From contig CAXXDV010000001.1 of NCBI GenBank assembly GCA_963674745.2, forward strand, positions 672,001-736,000: a stretch of DNA of 64,000 nt, given 5' to 3'. Positions 33,132-41,961 of this stretch are shown here, piece after piece. The DNA comes from Desulfosudaceae bacterium. Lineage in GTDB: Bacteria; Desulfobacterota; Desulfobacteria; Desulfobacterales; Desulfosudaceae. Each line of letters starts with the position of its first letter. The stretch's first letter is position 1. The notes under the pieces are model-generated. The model saw only the letters and a list, made by a program, of their open reading frames with translations. It was not told the DNA's origin and made no database searches. Both the position numbers and the translations under genes were made by a program.

Positions 33132-34429
33132 TGCAGATGCTCCAGCGCTTTTTGCGCCTGTTCGGCATATCGTTCATACTCAGCCGCATGTTTAAAAGCA
33201 TCGACGGCCGCGTTAATTTTTCTCTGACGCCAGGCGATGTACCCCCGCATCAGCCAATGCCGGCCGGATTCGGGTGACAGGGCAGCTAGTTTTTGATATA
33301 CCGCGTCGGCTTCATCCAGCCGTTCGGCTTCGTAAAGCAGATACCCCTTCATGGTCAACAGGTCCTGGTCTTCCGGCGCTGTTTCCAGGCCGCGCTCAAT
33401 CCATTTTAAGGCCTGCTGATCGTCATAAAGACGCAGAAAGCCACGGGCGGTTTTTTTAAACAGCCCGGGATCGGGTGCCAGGTCCAGCTGGTTTTCATAA
33501 TAGCGTACCGCCTCGGCCGGTATGCCCGTCACCATATTGATGTCACCCAGCAGTTCCCGTTCTTCATCGGACAGGATCTGCAAATAACTATAAGCGGTCA
33601 ACGACGTCAGTGCCCGGCGGTAATCCTGACGCTCCAGCAGAAGCCAGGCATGAATTTTCCACCATTTTGATTCCAGGGGATCGTCCCGGGTATAAGCCTC
33701 CGCACCGGCCAGGGCATTGTCTTTCATGTCAAGCTGCAGATAAACGTAAATCAAGGTTTCCCGCCATTGTCGCTGTTGTTTGCCTTGAAGCTGATCGGCC
33801 AGAATTTTGACCTGCGGCAGTGCCAGATCCGGCTTTTCCATCACCAAATAAAGTCGGGCCAGGGACTGGCGCCACTCCAGCGTCAGGGATTGCGGATGGT
33901 TGTCCAGCAGGCGCTTAAACGTCGTCAGGGCCAGGGGATAGTCATTGGCCCGCATAAAGCAGACCGCCCCGTAATACAGGGCTTCCACGGACTGACCGCC
34001 GGACGCGTCATAGGCGGCAACAAATCCCCGGCCGGCTTCGGCCGGACGATTCAGTTCATACAGTCCCCGGGCCAGGTTGAACCGGGCTTCGGTAAAATCC
34101 GCCTTTTTATCGATGGCGGCCTGATAATGCCGCACGGCCGACGCCGAATCACCAAGGGCCATATAGCCGTTACCCAGCAGGAAGTCCACCAGGTAATGCG
34201 TGTACCCCCGGCTTTCGGCCTTGTCCGGTGAAACAGCGGAACGTTTGGCCTGAAAGGTTTCAAGCAGCTCTATGCTTTCTTTGATTTTTTCCGCCGCCAT
34301 CAATTGTTCGGCCTTGTTGATCACCAGTGCGGCCGCAGGGGGAATCCGTCCATGATCGGCCGCACAAACCGGGTAATCCAGCCAGCCGACCGGAACTAAC
34401 AGAACGATAAAAATGACGGCCCACTTCAT
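33128..34429 (-). CDS. Exported tetratricopeptide repeat protein
   Basis: Signal peptide and many TPR-like repeats; 4-bp overlaps with both neighbours. Confidence 0.85.
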   Translation of the reverse strand: MKWAVIFIVLLVPVGWLDYPVCAADHGRIPPAAALVINKAEQLMAAEKIKESIELLETFQAKRSAVSPDKAESRGYTHYLVDFLLGNGYMALGDSASAVRHYQAAIDKKADFTEARFNLARGLYELNRPAEAGRGFVAAYDASGGQSVEALYYGAVCFMRANDYPLALTTFKRLLDNHPQSLTLEWRQSLARLYLVMEKPDLALPQVKILADQLQGKQQRQWRETLIYVYLQLDMKDNALAGAEAYTRDDPLESKWWKIHAWLLLERQDYRRALTSLTAYSYLQILSDEERELLGDINMVTGIPAEAVRYYENQLDLAPDPGLFKKTARGFLRLYDDQQALKWIERGLETAPEDQDLLTMKGYLLYEAERLDEADAVYQKLAALSPESGRHWLMRGYIAWRQRKINAAVDAFKHAAEYERYAEQAQKALEHLQ

Positions 34430-35124
34430 GAATCACCTTCCAGTTCAAACCGGATGGTGGTAGCGACCCGGGTCTTGACAGGTTCCCCCATGACGGTACC
34501 CGGTTGAAACCGCCATCCGGAGACCGCCTTGCGGACGCTTTGTTCAAACACCCCCGGTGGTTGCGCATCAATGATCCGGATATCCGTGACCCGGCCCTGC
34601 TCATTGACCATAAATTCAATATCCACCCAGCCTTCGACAGAAGCCCGCTTGGCCTGAAGAGGATAAAACGGCGGCACGCGGGATACGGGTATCAGGGGTT
34701 TGTCCAGGTCATCGGCGTCAAACACATCGCCCAGGTTCATGGCAGCAAAGTCGACGGCCGCCAGCGGGATATCGGCCAGGGCGGACATATCCGTCGGCAC
34801 TGGAACTCTCTGTAAGTCCGGCTGAAATGTCCGTTCCAGGGAATCCGGGGTCAGGTCAAAGGTCTCCCGCACGGGCGCGGGAATTTCCGGCCTGGGTAAT
34901 ACCTCCTGCGGCGTGTCTGGCGTCTTTGTTAAAACGGTGTCGGGCGGCGTCAGTCGGACAAACTTGATGGCTTGAAGCGGCGGCGGATTCTTGGGCAGGC
35001 TAAGCCGCCCCAGGTTGACGACCGGCAGGACGCTCAACAGCATGAGATTGATCACCAGGGCCGCAACCGCGACGGCCGGCCACCGGCTTTTGCCTTCAAT
35101 TATCTGTGAATCGCGATACGTCAT
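34426..35124 (-). CDS. tonB: Energy transducer TonB
   Basis: TM anchor, Pro-rich linker, YP..A..EGWV..F.V..G.V, WRFQP. Confidence 0.88.
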   Translation of the reverse strand: MTYRDSQIIEGKSRWPAVAVAALVINLMLLSVLPVVNLGRLSLPKNPPPLQAIKFVRLTPPDTVLTKTPDTPQEVLPRPEIPAPVRETFDLTPDSLERTFQPDLQRVPVPTDMSALADIPLAAVDFAAMNLGDVFDADDLDKPLIPVSRVPPFYPLQAKRASVEGWVDIEFMVNEQGRVTDIRIIDAQPPGVFEQSVRKAVSGWRFQPGTVMGEPVKTRVATTIRFELEGDS

Positions 35125-35142
35125 TTCATCAGTTGTATTCTA

Positions 35143-35589
35143 TTAATTATAACTGGTCCGGGTGGCTTCATCGCTCATGGTCGGCGCGACAATCGGATCC
35201 CAGGCACTGTCCACCCAGGTGCCAAGTGATGTGTGCATGTCCAGATATTTGGTCGGTATAGGGTGCGTGCCGATAACGACCTTGACGGGATATCGTTTTT
35301 CAAGAAACGCTTTGAAGGTATTGATATAAGGGCAGGGCGGATACCCCACCACCAGTCCGGTCGCCAGATGAATAATGGTCGCCCCGTTTTTTACCATTTC
35401 GTCGCCTGCATACTCAATGTTGCCGCCGGGGCACCCGTCACAACTGGTATAGCCGACCAGTTCGACGGCCGTGTCCGTGTATATATCAAACGCCCCATCC
35501 CTGTTTTTCAGGGCCCTCAGGCACTTGCCGCCGGCACAACGGCGGTAGCGGTCACAGATGATAATACCGATCTTTACCGATGAATTCAT
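35143..35589 (-). CDS. CGGC domain-containing protein
   Basis: IGIIIC..CAGGKC, SCDGCPG, IHLATG, CP, VVIGTH; AAGGAG RBS. Confidence 0.88.
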   Translation of the reverse strand: MNSSVKIGIIICDRYRRCAGGKCLRALKNRDGAFDIYTDTAVELVGYTSCDGCPGGNIEYAGDEMVKNGATIIHLATGLVVGYPPCPYINTFKAFLEKRYPVKVVIGTHPIPTKYLDMHTSLGTWVDSAWDPIVAPTMSDEATRTSYN

Positions 35590-35679
35590 TTTTATCTCCT
35601 TTCCGCTCTGACTACCAAATGATCCCGGCAGAGCGATCAATCGTTCAAGCATTATTGTATTTTCGCCATGGTCCTGGAA

Positions 35680-36840
35680 TTAAAAGCGTTTTTTTAATAC
35701 AGATCCATATCGGACGGCATCCACCGGGCATACATTCAGGCAGCGCCCGCAGCTGAAGCAGTCTTCCGGAAGTCGCCGGCCGGCGACCCGGCCTTTGGCG
35801 GCATTTAAAGGACAGGCCTTTATGCAACCGCCGCATTCCGTGCAGCGGTCCCTGTCAATCCAGACCCGATTAATGCTGATTGTTTCAAATAGCCAGGAAA
35901 TCAACCCAAAAGGACAGATAATCCGGCAAAAGGGACGGTACACAAACAGCGACCCCAGCATAACGACAATGACCGTTATCAGGATACTGATACTTTCAAA
36001 ATGAAAATCAAACAGGTTAAACGGATTGACAAAATGGTAAAGGACAAGCCCCTTGCGGCTGCCGACAAAACCAAACAGGAACAACAGCACCAGGATAAAC
36101 AGCATCACGCGGATGGTGTTGGTCAGGGCAAAGGGAAGTTTATGCTTTTTTGTTTTTCGCAGGAACGGCAAACTGTATACCAACTCCTGTAACGCCCCGA
36201 AAGGGCAGGCCCAGCCACAGATGACCTTGTTGCCGACGACGGCCAGCACGATAAAAAACAAAAAAGCCATGACTTTGGAGCCGGGATCGGGATACAGGCC
36301 GGCCATGGACTTGAACAGTTTTACCGCTCCCTCCATGGGATTAGGCGATTTCCCAAAATAAAAACCAGCCACCAGAACCGACACGATCAGCGTCATAATG
36401 TAAGGGAAACGGGGGTACCCGTATTTTCTCTGTTTAATGTCCGTCCCGGCCGGCCGCCCCAGGCGGGTTAAATAAACAACCCCCACCAGCACCAGTGCCA
36501 GATAAACATAGTATTTCGGGACAGCGTCCACATGGGACCGCAGGTGTTCAATGACATGTGCCAGTTCATCATCGGTTACTTGCAATTGCCTCAGGGGCTT
36601 GCTTTTGGAGACCTGCAGGGGAAGATGCAGCTCTTTGGCCAGGGATTTGCCGGTCACCCCCAGATGGGGCGCGATCTGCTTTATGGACATATCGATGTTG
36701 AAGCTGTCCATCGTATCTTGTTCAGGCGCCGCATGAATGAAAAAGCCACAAACAACAATGGTCAGGGCGACAACCAGTGTCAGCGCCAGAACAAGGCGTT
36801 GCCGGAAAGACAATAATAAAAACCACTGTTTTGTTTGCAT
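35680..36840 (-). CDS. Membrane 4Fe-4S binding protein (NapH/MauN/NosR-like)
   Basis: TM helices, CGWACPFG, FCRIICPFG, two CxxCxxCxxxCP. Confidence 0.85.
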   Translation of the reverse strand: MQTKQWFLLLSFRQRLVLALTLVVALTIVVCGFFIHAAPEQDTMDSFNIDMSIKQIAPHLGVTGKSLAKELHLPLQVSKSKPLRQLQVTDDELAHVIEHLRSHVDAVPKYYVYLALVLVGVVYLTRLGRPAGTDIKQRKYGYPRFPYIMTLIVSVLVAGFYFGKSPNPMEGAVKLFKSMAGLYPDPGSKVMAFLFFIVLAVVGNKVICGWACPFGALQELVYSLPFLRKTKKHKLPFALTNTIRVMLFILVLLFLFGFVGSRKGLVLYHFVNPFNLFDFHFESISILITVIVVMLGSLFVYRPFCRIICPFGLISWLFETISINRVWIDRDRCTECGGCIKACPLNAAKGRVAGRRLPEDCFSCGRCLNVCPVDAVRYGSVLKKRF

Positions 36841-36869
36841 GCCTGTTTTTCTTTCACACAACCAGAAGA

Positions 36870-37403
36870 TTATCCGGAAACGCCGGCGATGTTTCCTGCC
36901 CGGTATTGTTCGATCAGTTTCCTGTAAACATCTATCGAGGCCTGATTGAAGAGCAGTTCATCTTCGGTCAACGGCCGGATCAGCCGGGCAGGTGTACCGA
37001 TGATCATTGATCCCGGTGGAAAGGACTTGTTGTAAGGAACAAAACTGTTGGCACCGACAATGCTGTTCTTTCCGATTTGGGCGCGTGACATAATGGTGGC
37101 ATTCATGCCGATCATGACATCCGCTTCGATACGGCAGCTGCGGACGACCGCCCCGTGACCGATGGTGACCCGTTCGGCAATACTGACTGCCGCCCCGAGG
37201 TCGCTGTGAATCAGCACGTTGTCCTGTATATTGCAGTCCCGCCCGATATCGACCGGGCCTTCATCTCCCCGCAAAACCGCATTAAACCATACGCTGGCGC
37301 CTTCCGCGATACGAACATCGCCAAAAATTTGGGCTCCCTGGGCAATATAAACCGTTTCATGTATCTCAGGCCGGCAGACCTGATGACAATTTTGCGAGGT
37401 CAT
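36870..37403 (-). CDS. Gamma carbonic anhydrase-family protein
   Basis: Hexapeptide repeats, SVWFNAVLRGD, NIQDN..H, TIGHG; the third Zn-ligand His position appears to be Arg. Confidence 0.88.
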   Translation of the reverse strand: MTSQNCHQVCRPEIHETVYIAQGAQIFGDVRIAEGASVWFNAVLRGDEGPVDIGRDCNIQDNVLIHSDLGAAVSIAERVTIGHGAVVRSCRIEADVMIGMNATIMSRAQIGKNSIVGANSFVPYNKSFPPGSMIIGTPARLIRPLTEDELLFNQASIDVYRKLIEQYRAGNIAGVSG

Positions 37404-37669
37404 GTCCCACTCCTTTTATTTTGGCATTACGGTTAACCAAACCGGTTTATGTTACGAATTCCTCGAAGAATTGGTTTATGCGGTTTTTGGATTGGCCCTT
37501 AGCGTTCATAAGGTTGAAAGAGCCTTGATTGGTTATACATCCAATTGTTTTTAAAATCAATCGCCGCCGGAATAATCACAAAAAACATCCGCTTATATCG
37601 GGCATTGCCAAAATTGATGTTTTCTGCGATGCTTTTTAAAACACCAAGCAAAGTAAAAAATTCGAAATT

Positions 37670-38527
37670 ATGACCAGCGACAGCGTCACCAACCTCAAGA
37701 AATGGTTAAAAACCTACGCCGACACTTTTATTCAACGGGCAACAGATCCCGCCCCCTACCTGTTAAAAAAGGCCCATACCTTCAGGGTCTGTCGTGAGAT
37801 TGTTGACCTTGGCCGGGACCTGGCGTTAAGCCCGAAGGACCTTTTGCTGGCGGAAGCCGCCGCCTGCCTGCACGATGTGGGTCGATTCCGCCAGATGGAA
37901 AAATACGGCACTTTTGTGGACGATCTTTCAGAAGATCACGCCCGCCTGGGGCTGCAGGTTATAAATGAAAAAAAACTGCTTGACGAATTCAGCGTCGAGC
38001 AATCGCATATTCTGCGGTCAGCCGTTGCCTTCCATAATGCCGCAAAAATACCGGACGGCCAGAATGATAAGGCCCTGCTTTTTATTAAATTGTTAAGAGA
38101 CGCCGACAAACTCGATATCTGGCGGGTGGTAACCGCCGATTACAAGTTAAGTGATGCCGCCACACCGGATTTTGTCCGACTCGGGCTCAAAGATGACGGC
38201 CTTTATTCACCGCAGGCCCTTCAGGCAATCAAAGAAAAGCGACTGATCAACAAGTCGGTCATAACCCGTTTGAACGACTTTAAATTGATGCAGATCAGCT
38301 GGGTGTTTGATATCAATTTCACGCCCGCCCTCCAAAAGGTCCGAGATCGGGGTTATATTCCGGCCATCATCGCGACCTTGCCGGCTTCTGATGAATTAAA
38401 CAGCATCCTGAACCAGGTAGAAGAATATATGATCCATATCGATCCGACGGTTTTGACCAAAGAAGAACCATCTCCCAATAAGGTAAAAGGGCAACCACAG
38501 GGGGTTGCCCCTACGGGCCGTGGATGA
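37670..38527 (+). CDS. HD domain-containing protein
   Basis: HT.RV, LHDVGRF.Q, DHA, HN, RDADKLDI. Confidence 0.88.
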   Translation: MTSDSVTNLKKWLKTYADTFIQRATDPAPYLLKKAHTFRVCREIVDLGRDLALSPKDLLLAEAAACLHDVGRFRQMEKYGTFVDDLSEDHARLGLQVINEKKLLDEFSVEQSHILRSAVAFHNAAKIPDGQNDKALLFIKLLRDADKLDIWRVVTADYKLSDAATPDFVRLGLKDDGLYSPQALQAIKEKRLINKSVITRLNDFKLMQISWVFDINFTPALQKVRDRGYIPAIIATLPASDELNSILNQVEEYMIHIDPTVLTKEEPSPNKVKGQPQGVAPTGRG

Positions 38528-38567
38528 CACCCGCAAATGTTGTGGGGGCGGCCCCCTGTGGCCGCCC
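38489..38567. repeat. GTAG-family REP pair
   Basis: GGGCAACCACAGGGGGTTGCCCCTAC (38489-38514) and GTGGGGGCGGCCCCCTGTGGCCGCCC (38542-38567). Confidence 0.8.
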
Positions 38568-38727
38568 GATAAAAACGCCCTGCACGATGTGCCCCCATGT
38601 AAATTCGCGATACGGAAAGCATTGATTTATCATGCTGAATATGTTATAAAATATAAACATTTTTTTTGCTGTTAAGATGTATTGATCAGGAAACGTGCCT
38701 TAACCTGGATTACCGAAAGGACGCCAC

Positions 38728-39021
38728 ATGGATGCGCTGACCGCTCTTTCCCTGGAATTTTTTACAAACACCGAAATTGTGATCCCGATCACACAGATTA
38801 TTCTTTTTCTTTCCATCAGCACAGTGGTCCTGCTTTTTGGCAGAGCCAAACTGGCCCTTATGACAAACTATCTTTTCGCGCTGTACTGGGGATACCTGTG
38901 CAACCTTGAGCTCTATACCGAGCTTTTCCAGGACGCGGAATACATTATTTATATTTATTTTGGATTCGGTATTGCCGTGGCCTTTCTGGCGGTCTACGGA
39001 TTTGTCTTTCAGCACGAATAA
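38728..39021 (+). CDS. Hypothetical small membrane protein (3 TM)
   Basis: AAGGA RBS, 97 aa hydrophobic ORF. Confidence 0.7.
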   Translation: MDALTALSLEFFTNTEIVIPITQIILFLSISTVVLLFGRAKLALMTNYLFALYWGYLCNLELYTELFQDAEYIIYIYFGFGIAVAFLAVYGFVFQHE

Positions 39022-39034
39022 ATAGCACATCGCC

Positions 39035-39499
39035 TCAGGTCGCGGGCGTGCTGCCGACCAGATTTTTCAACACATCCTCTTTGCCGAGGACCCCTACCAG
39101 CCTGGTGCCCGCCACCACCGGAATGGTGTGATAGTGTTTCTCCACCATCAGCGATGCGATTTCTTCAAGGGGGGTGTCCGGCTTGACGAATACGGGATCG
39201 GGTGTCATGGCATCAGCCACGGTTGTGGCGGCTATTTTCTGAATTTCTTTTTCCAGCGATTTGGTGGAGGTAAAAGAAAAAATACCATCAAGGAAAGTAA
39301 AGATCGACGGCAGGGGGAACCGTTTCTGCTGGGTAATCAGATCGCTCTGGCAGAGGATGCCCACCAGTTTATTCTCCTGATCGACCACTGGAACTCCATT
39401 AATATGGTTTTTCAGAAGTGTTCCTGCCGCCTGGGCAATATCGGTCTCCGGGGAAACCGTGATAACATCTTTTGTCATAATATCTCGGGCACTAATCAT
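39035..39499 (-). CDS. CBS domain-containing protein
   Basis: ARDIMT..VITV, PVVD..LVGI, VADAMT, IPVV..LVGV; GGAG RBS. Confidence 0.92.
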   Translation of the reverse strand: MISARDIMTKDVITVSPETDIAQAAGTLLKNHINGVPVVDQENKLVGILCQSDLITQQKRFPLPSIFTFLDGIFSFTSTKSLEKEIQKIAATTVADAMTPDPVFVKPDTPLEEIASLMVEKHYHTIPVVAGTRLVGVLGKEDVLKNLVGSTPAT

Positions 39500-39598
39500 A
39501 TCTTCTCCATATGTTTTGACATTTTTATTTATTTTACCACACATCCCGGCAAACCAAAAGGCGGTAACCCGCAAGTTTTACAAAAAGACTAAAAATTA

Positions 39599-39627
39599 TT
39601 GACTTTTCTTGTTTATCTGATTATATT
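39599..39627 (+). promoter_or_regulatory. Sigma70-type promoter candidate for the DUF3108 gene
   Basis: TTGACT-17 bp-TATATT. Confidence 0.5.
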
Positions 39628-39805
39628 TATTACAATAAATGTTTATCGATAAGCTTCTTTGTTTCCGGCCACTTCATTGCGCCCCGCACTGATAAGAATC
39701 ACACTGGATTAATTTGAATGCTATGAGAGTAGCTTACCGAAATGATATGATTTGATGCTTTTTCGATAACCAGGTAAAAAATTTTTATTACTCAAGAGCT
39801 GTATT

Positions 39806-40711
39806 ATGACGTACAAGCACAAAACATATGCACTGGCGACATTGATCATTCTCGCGATTGTTCTTCATCCAGGAATCCTTTTGGCCGAAAAACTGCCCGC
39901 AGACCAGGTCAACATTTCCACCCCTGTTTACACCCCGCCCAAATCCTTTGCGCCGCAGCTGGGTCTTTATTCATATTCGGTTTCATGGAACGGCATCCCT
40001 GCCGGCAGTGCCGAGCTTGAACTTGATCGCAATGACGAGAGCTATGAAATCCGGGCCCGTGCGCGAACAGCCAAAGGGATCGACCTGATTTATAAGCTTC
40101 GTTACAAATCCGAAACCGTTCTTGATGCCGATACGCTCAAGCCAAAGCACTCGTTTTCCGTTGTATCCGCAAATTCCAGAAAAAAGACAACCCAGGTCGA
40201 ATTTCTTCCCGACGGTGAAATTCTTTCCACCCGTAAAAACCATCGGGGCAGCGTCAAAACATTAAAATTCAACCCCGACAATTTCACCCTTGATCCTTTT
40301 TCCGCCGGGTTTCTGGCCTTGAGCCAGGAATGGAAAGTGGGAGAAAGCCGGCAGTTTGATCTGTTCAGCGGTAAAAGCCGTTACTTGATCGAATTTTCAG
40401 CAGTGGAACAGGTCAGTTTAACGGTAAACGGAGAACTGCGTTCAGCCATCGTGATCGTTCCCAAGGTAAAATCCCTGACTCAAACCGGTGACGATGCGGA
40501 TGAGAAAAAAATGCGGGAAACACGAATTTTTATTGCCGCAGATCCCTCCCGTGAAATCCTTAAAGTATCCAGCGACCTTCTGTTCGGTAGTGTGAATACG
40601 GAGATAGTGGCCTTTACGCCTGCAGGGACGTCACCGGCGTCTGACACAGACAAAGGCGAAGTTGCTACAGTTGTCCCCCCTTTTTTATATCCCTTTGACA
40701 CAGCCTTATAA
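39806..40711 (+). CDS. DUF3108-like exported protein
   Basis: Signal peptide, YSVSWNGIPAG, LDPFSA, beta-rich, LLFGSV. Confidence 0.7.
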   Translation: MTYKHKTYALATLIILAIVLHPGILLAEKLPADQVNISTPVYTPPKSFAPQLGLYSYSVSWNGIPAGSAELELDRNDESYEIRARARTAKGIDLIYKLRYKSETVLDADTLKPKHSFSVVSANSRKKTTQVEFLPDGEILSTRKNHRGSVKTLKFNPDNFTLDPFSAGFLALSQEWKVGESRQFDLFSGKSRYLIEFSAVEQVSLTVNGELRSAIVIVPKVKSLTQTGDDADEKKMRETRIFIAADPSREILKVSSDLLFGSVNTEIVAFTPAGTSPASDTDKGEVATVVPPFLYPFDTAL

Positions 40712-40775
40712 ATTTTCTATATTTCCAAGATTCATTCAATATTAACTGTCACTCCTATTCAGAGCAGAGAAAAAG

Positions 40776-41873
40776 TTGTCTGTTAAAACACAGCATAAGC
40801 GGCAGCGGTATATTCTTTATTCTCTCCTTTTGCTGATGGCTTTTTATATCGTCCTGTCCGATGCTGCGGCATCGGAAACGTCTTCACCGCCAGACGAAGG
40901 CAGCACACCATCCGACCAGGTGGCCACAGACACTTTTAATGCCTTGGGGGAATCCCTGGAGATGGGTAATGAGGTAAAAACCATTCGTCCGATCTGGCAG
41001 ATTTACGGAGAAAGGGCTGATATCTTTCATCAAATGGTATGCGAAAAGCTGACGACAACGGCCAACTGGCTCGATTCGTTTTTTCGGGATGAACGTTCTG
41101 AAGTCGAAGAAAACACCTCCAGCCTGAGGCTGAGGCTTTCTTCTTTTTTTGAAGAAGGTGAAAGCGTAAAGCCCGACGCCAGGATACGATTCAGGCTTGT
41201 CCTGCCTGAACTGGAAGACCGGTTTCATATCATGATTACCGGTGAACAGGATAAAAATGATGATATCCGTGACACACTTTTGGATAAAAACGCGGAAATC
41301 GATCAAGAAGCAGAAAGAAACGTCAACCTGTCTTTGCGTTATTTTATTCGTACGGCCAAGGACATGAATTTCAGCTTGAAGGTGGGCGCCCGCATCAATA
41401 ATTTTTCACCCGTCATATATGCCGGCCCGCGTTACAGAATTTCCAAAAACATCGGCGCCTGGCTGGTTCGGTTTACCCAGGAAGTTAAGTATTTCACGGA
41501 CGAAGGCTGGGAGTCTGATACCCGATTTGACTTTGAAAAAATCCTTAAAGAGGATTTGTTTTTCCGAACCAGAACCGAAGGCTATTGGTTCGAACAGGAA
41601 TACGGCTATTTTTATGAATTGAACTTTTCATTATATCAAGTGGTGGATGAAGACCGGGCCTTTCAATACGTCTGGAACAATTATTTTGAAACCCGGCCAT
41701 GCCACTGTCTGGACCAAACCCTTCTGGGAATAACCTATCGCCGCAGATTCTGGCGAAAATGGCTTTTCTTTGAAATCAGCCCTCAGCTTGCATTCAGAGA
41801 AGAAGATGATTACCGTCCGACCCCGGGCATTACCTTTGCCGTGGAAGCCTTGTTCGGCAACAGAGAATGGTAG
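40776..41873 (+). CDS. Hypothetical exported protein, probable outer-membrane beta-barrel
   Basis: Signal peptide, WLDSFF, amphipathic beta strands, aromatic-rich C-terminus WLFFEISPQL..VEALFG; TTG start uncertain. Confidence 0.65.
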   Translation: MSVKTQHKRQRYILYSLLLLMAFYIVLSDAAASETSSPPDEGSTPSDQVATDTFNALGESLEMGNEVKTIRPIWQIYGERADIFHQMVCEKLTTTANWLDSFFRDERSEVEENTSSLRLRLSSFFEEGESVKPDARIRFRLVLPELEDRFHIMITGEQDKNDDIRDTLLDKNAEIDQEAERNVNLSLRYFIRTAKDMNFSLKVGARINNFSPVIYAGPRYRISKNIGAWLVRFTQEVKYFTDEGWESDTRFDFEKILKEDLFFRTRTEGYWFEQEYGYFYELNFSLYQVVDEDRAFQYVWNNYFETRPCHCLDQTLLGITYRRRFWRKWLFFEISPQLAFREEDDYRPTPGITFAVEALFGNREW

Positions 41874-41930
41874 AGGGGCACCCCCCTGTGGGTGCCCCTT
41901 CACCGGGCGGCCACGGGGGGCCGCCCCTAC
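41870..41930. repeat. GTAG-family REP inverted pair
   Basis: GTAGAGGGGCACCCCCCTGTGGGTGCCC..GGGCGGCCACGGGGGGCCGCCCCTAC. Confidence 0.8.
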
Positions 41931-41961
41931 AATATTCGTGAAGCGTGGTTATGTCTTCGGG

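Noticed and set aside
37404..37669. Cobalamin riboswitch upstream of the run ending in cobQ
   Set aside because: No recognisable B12-box or conserved core seen by eye; an Infernal search would settle it
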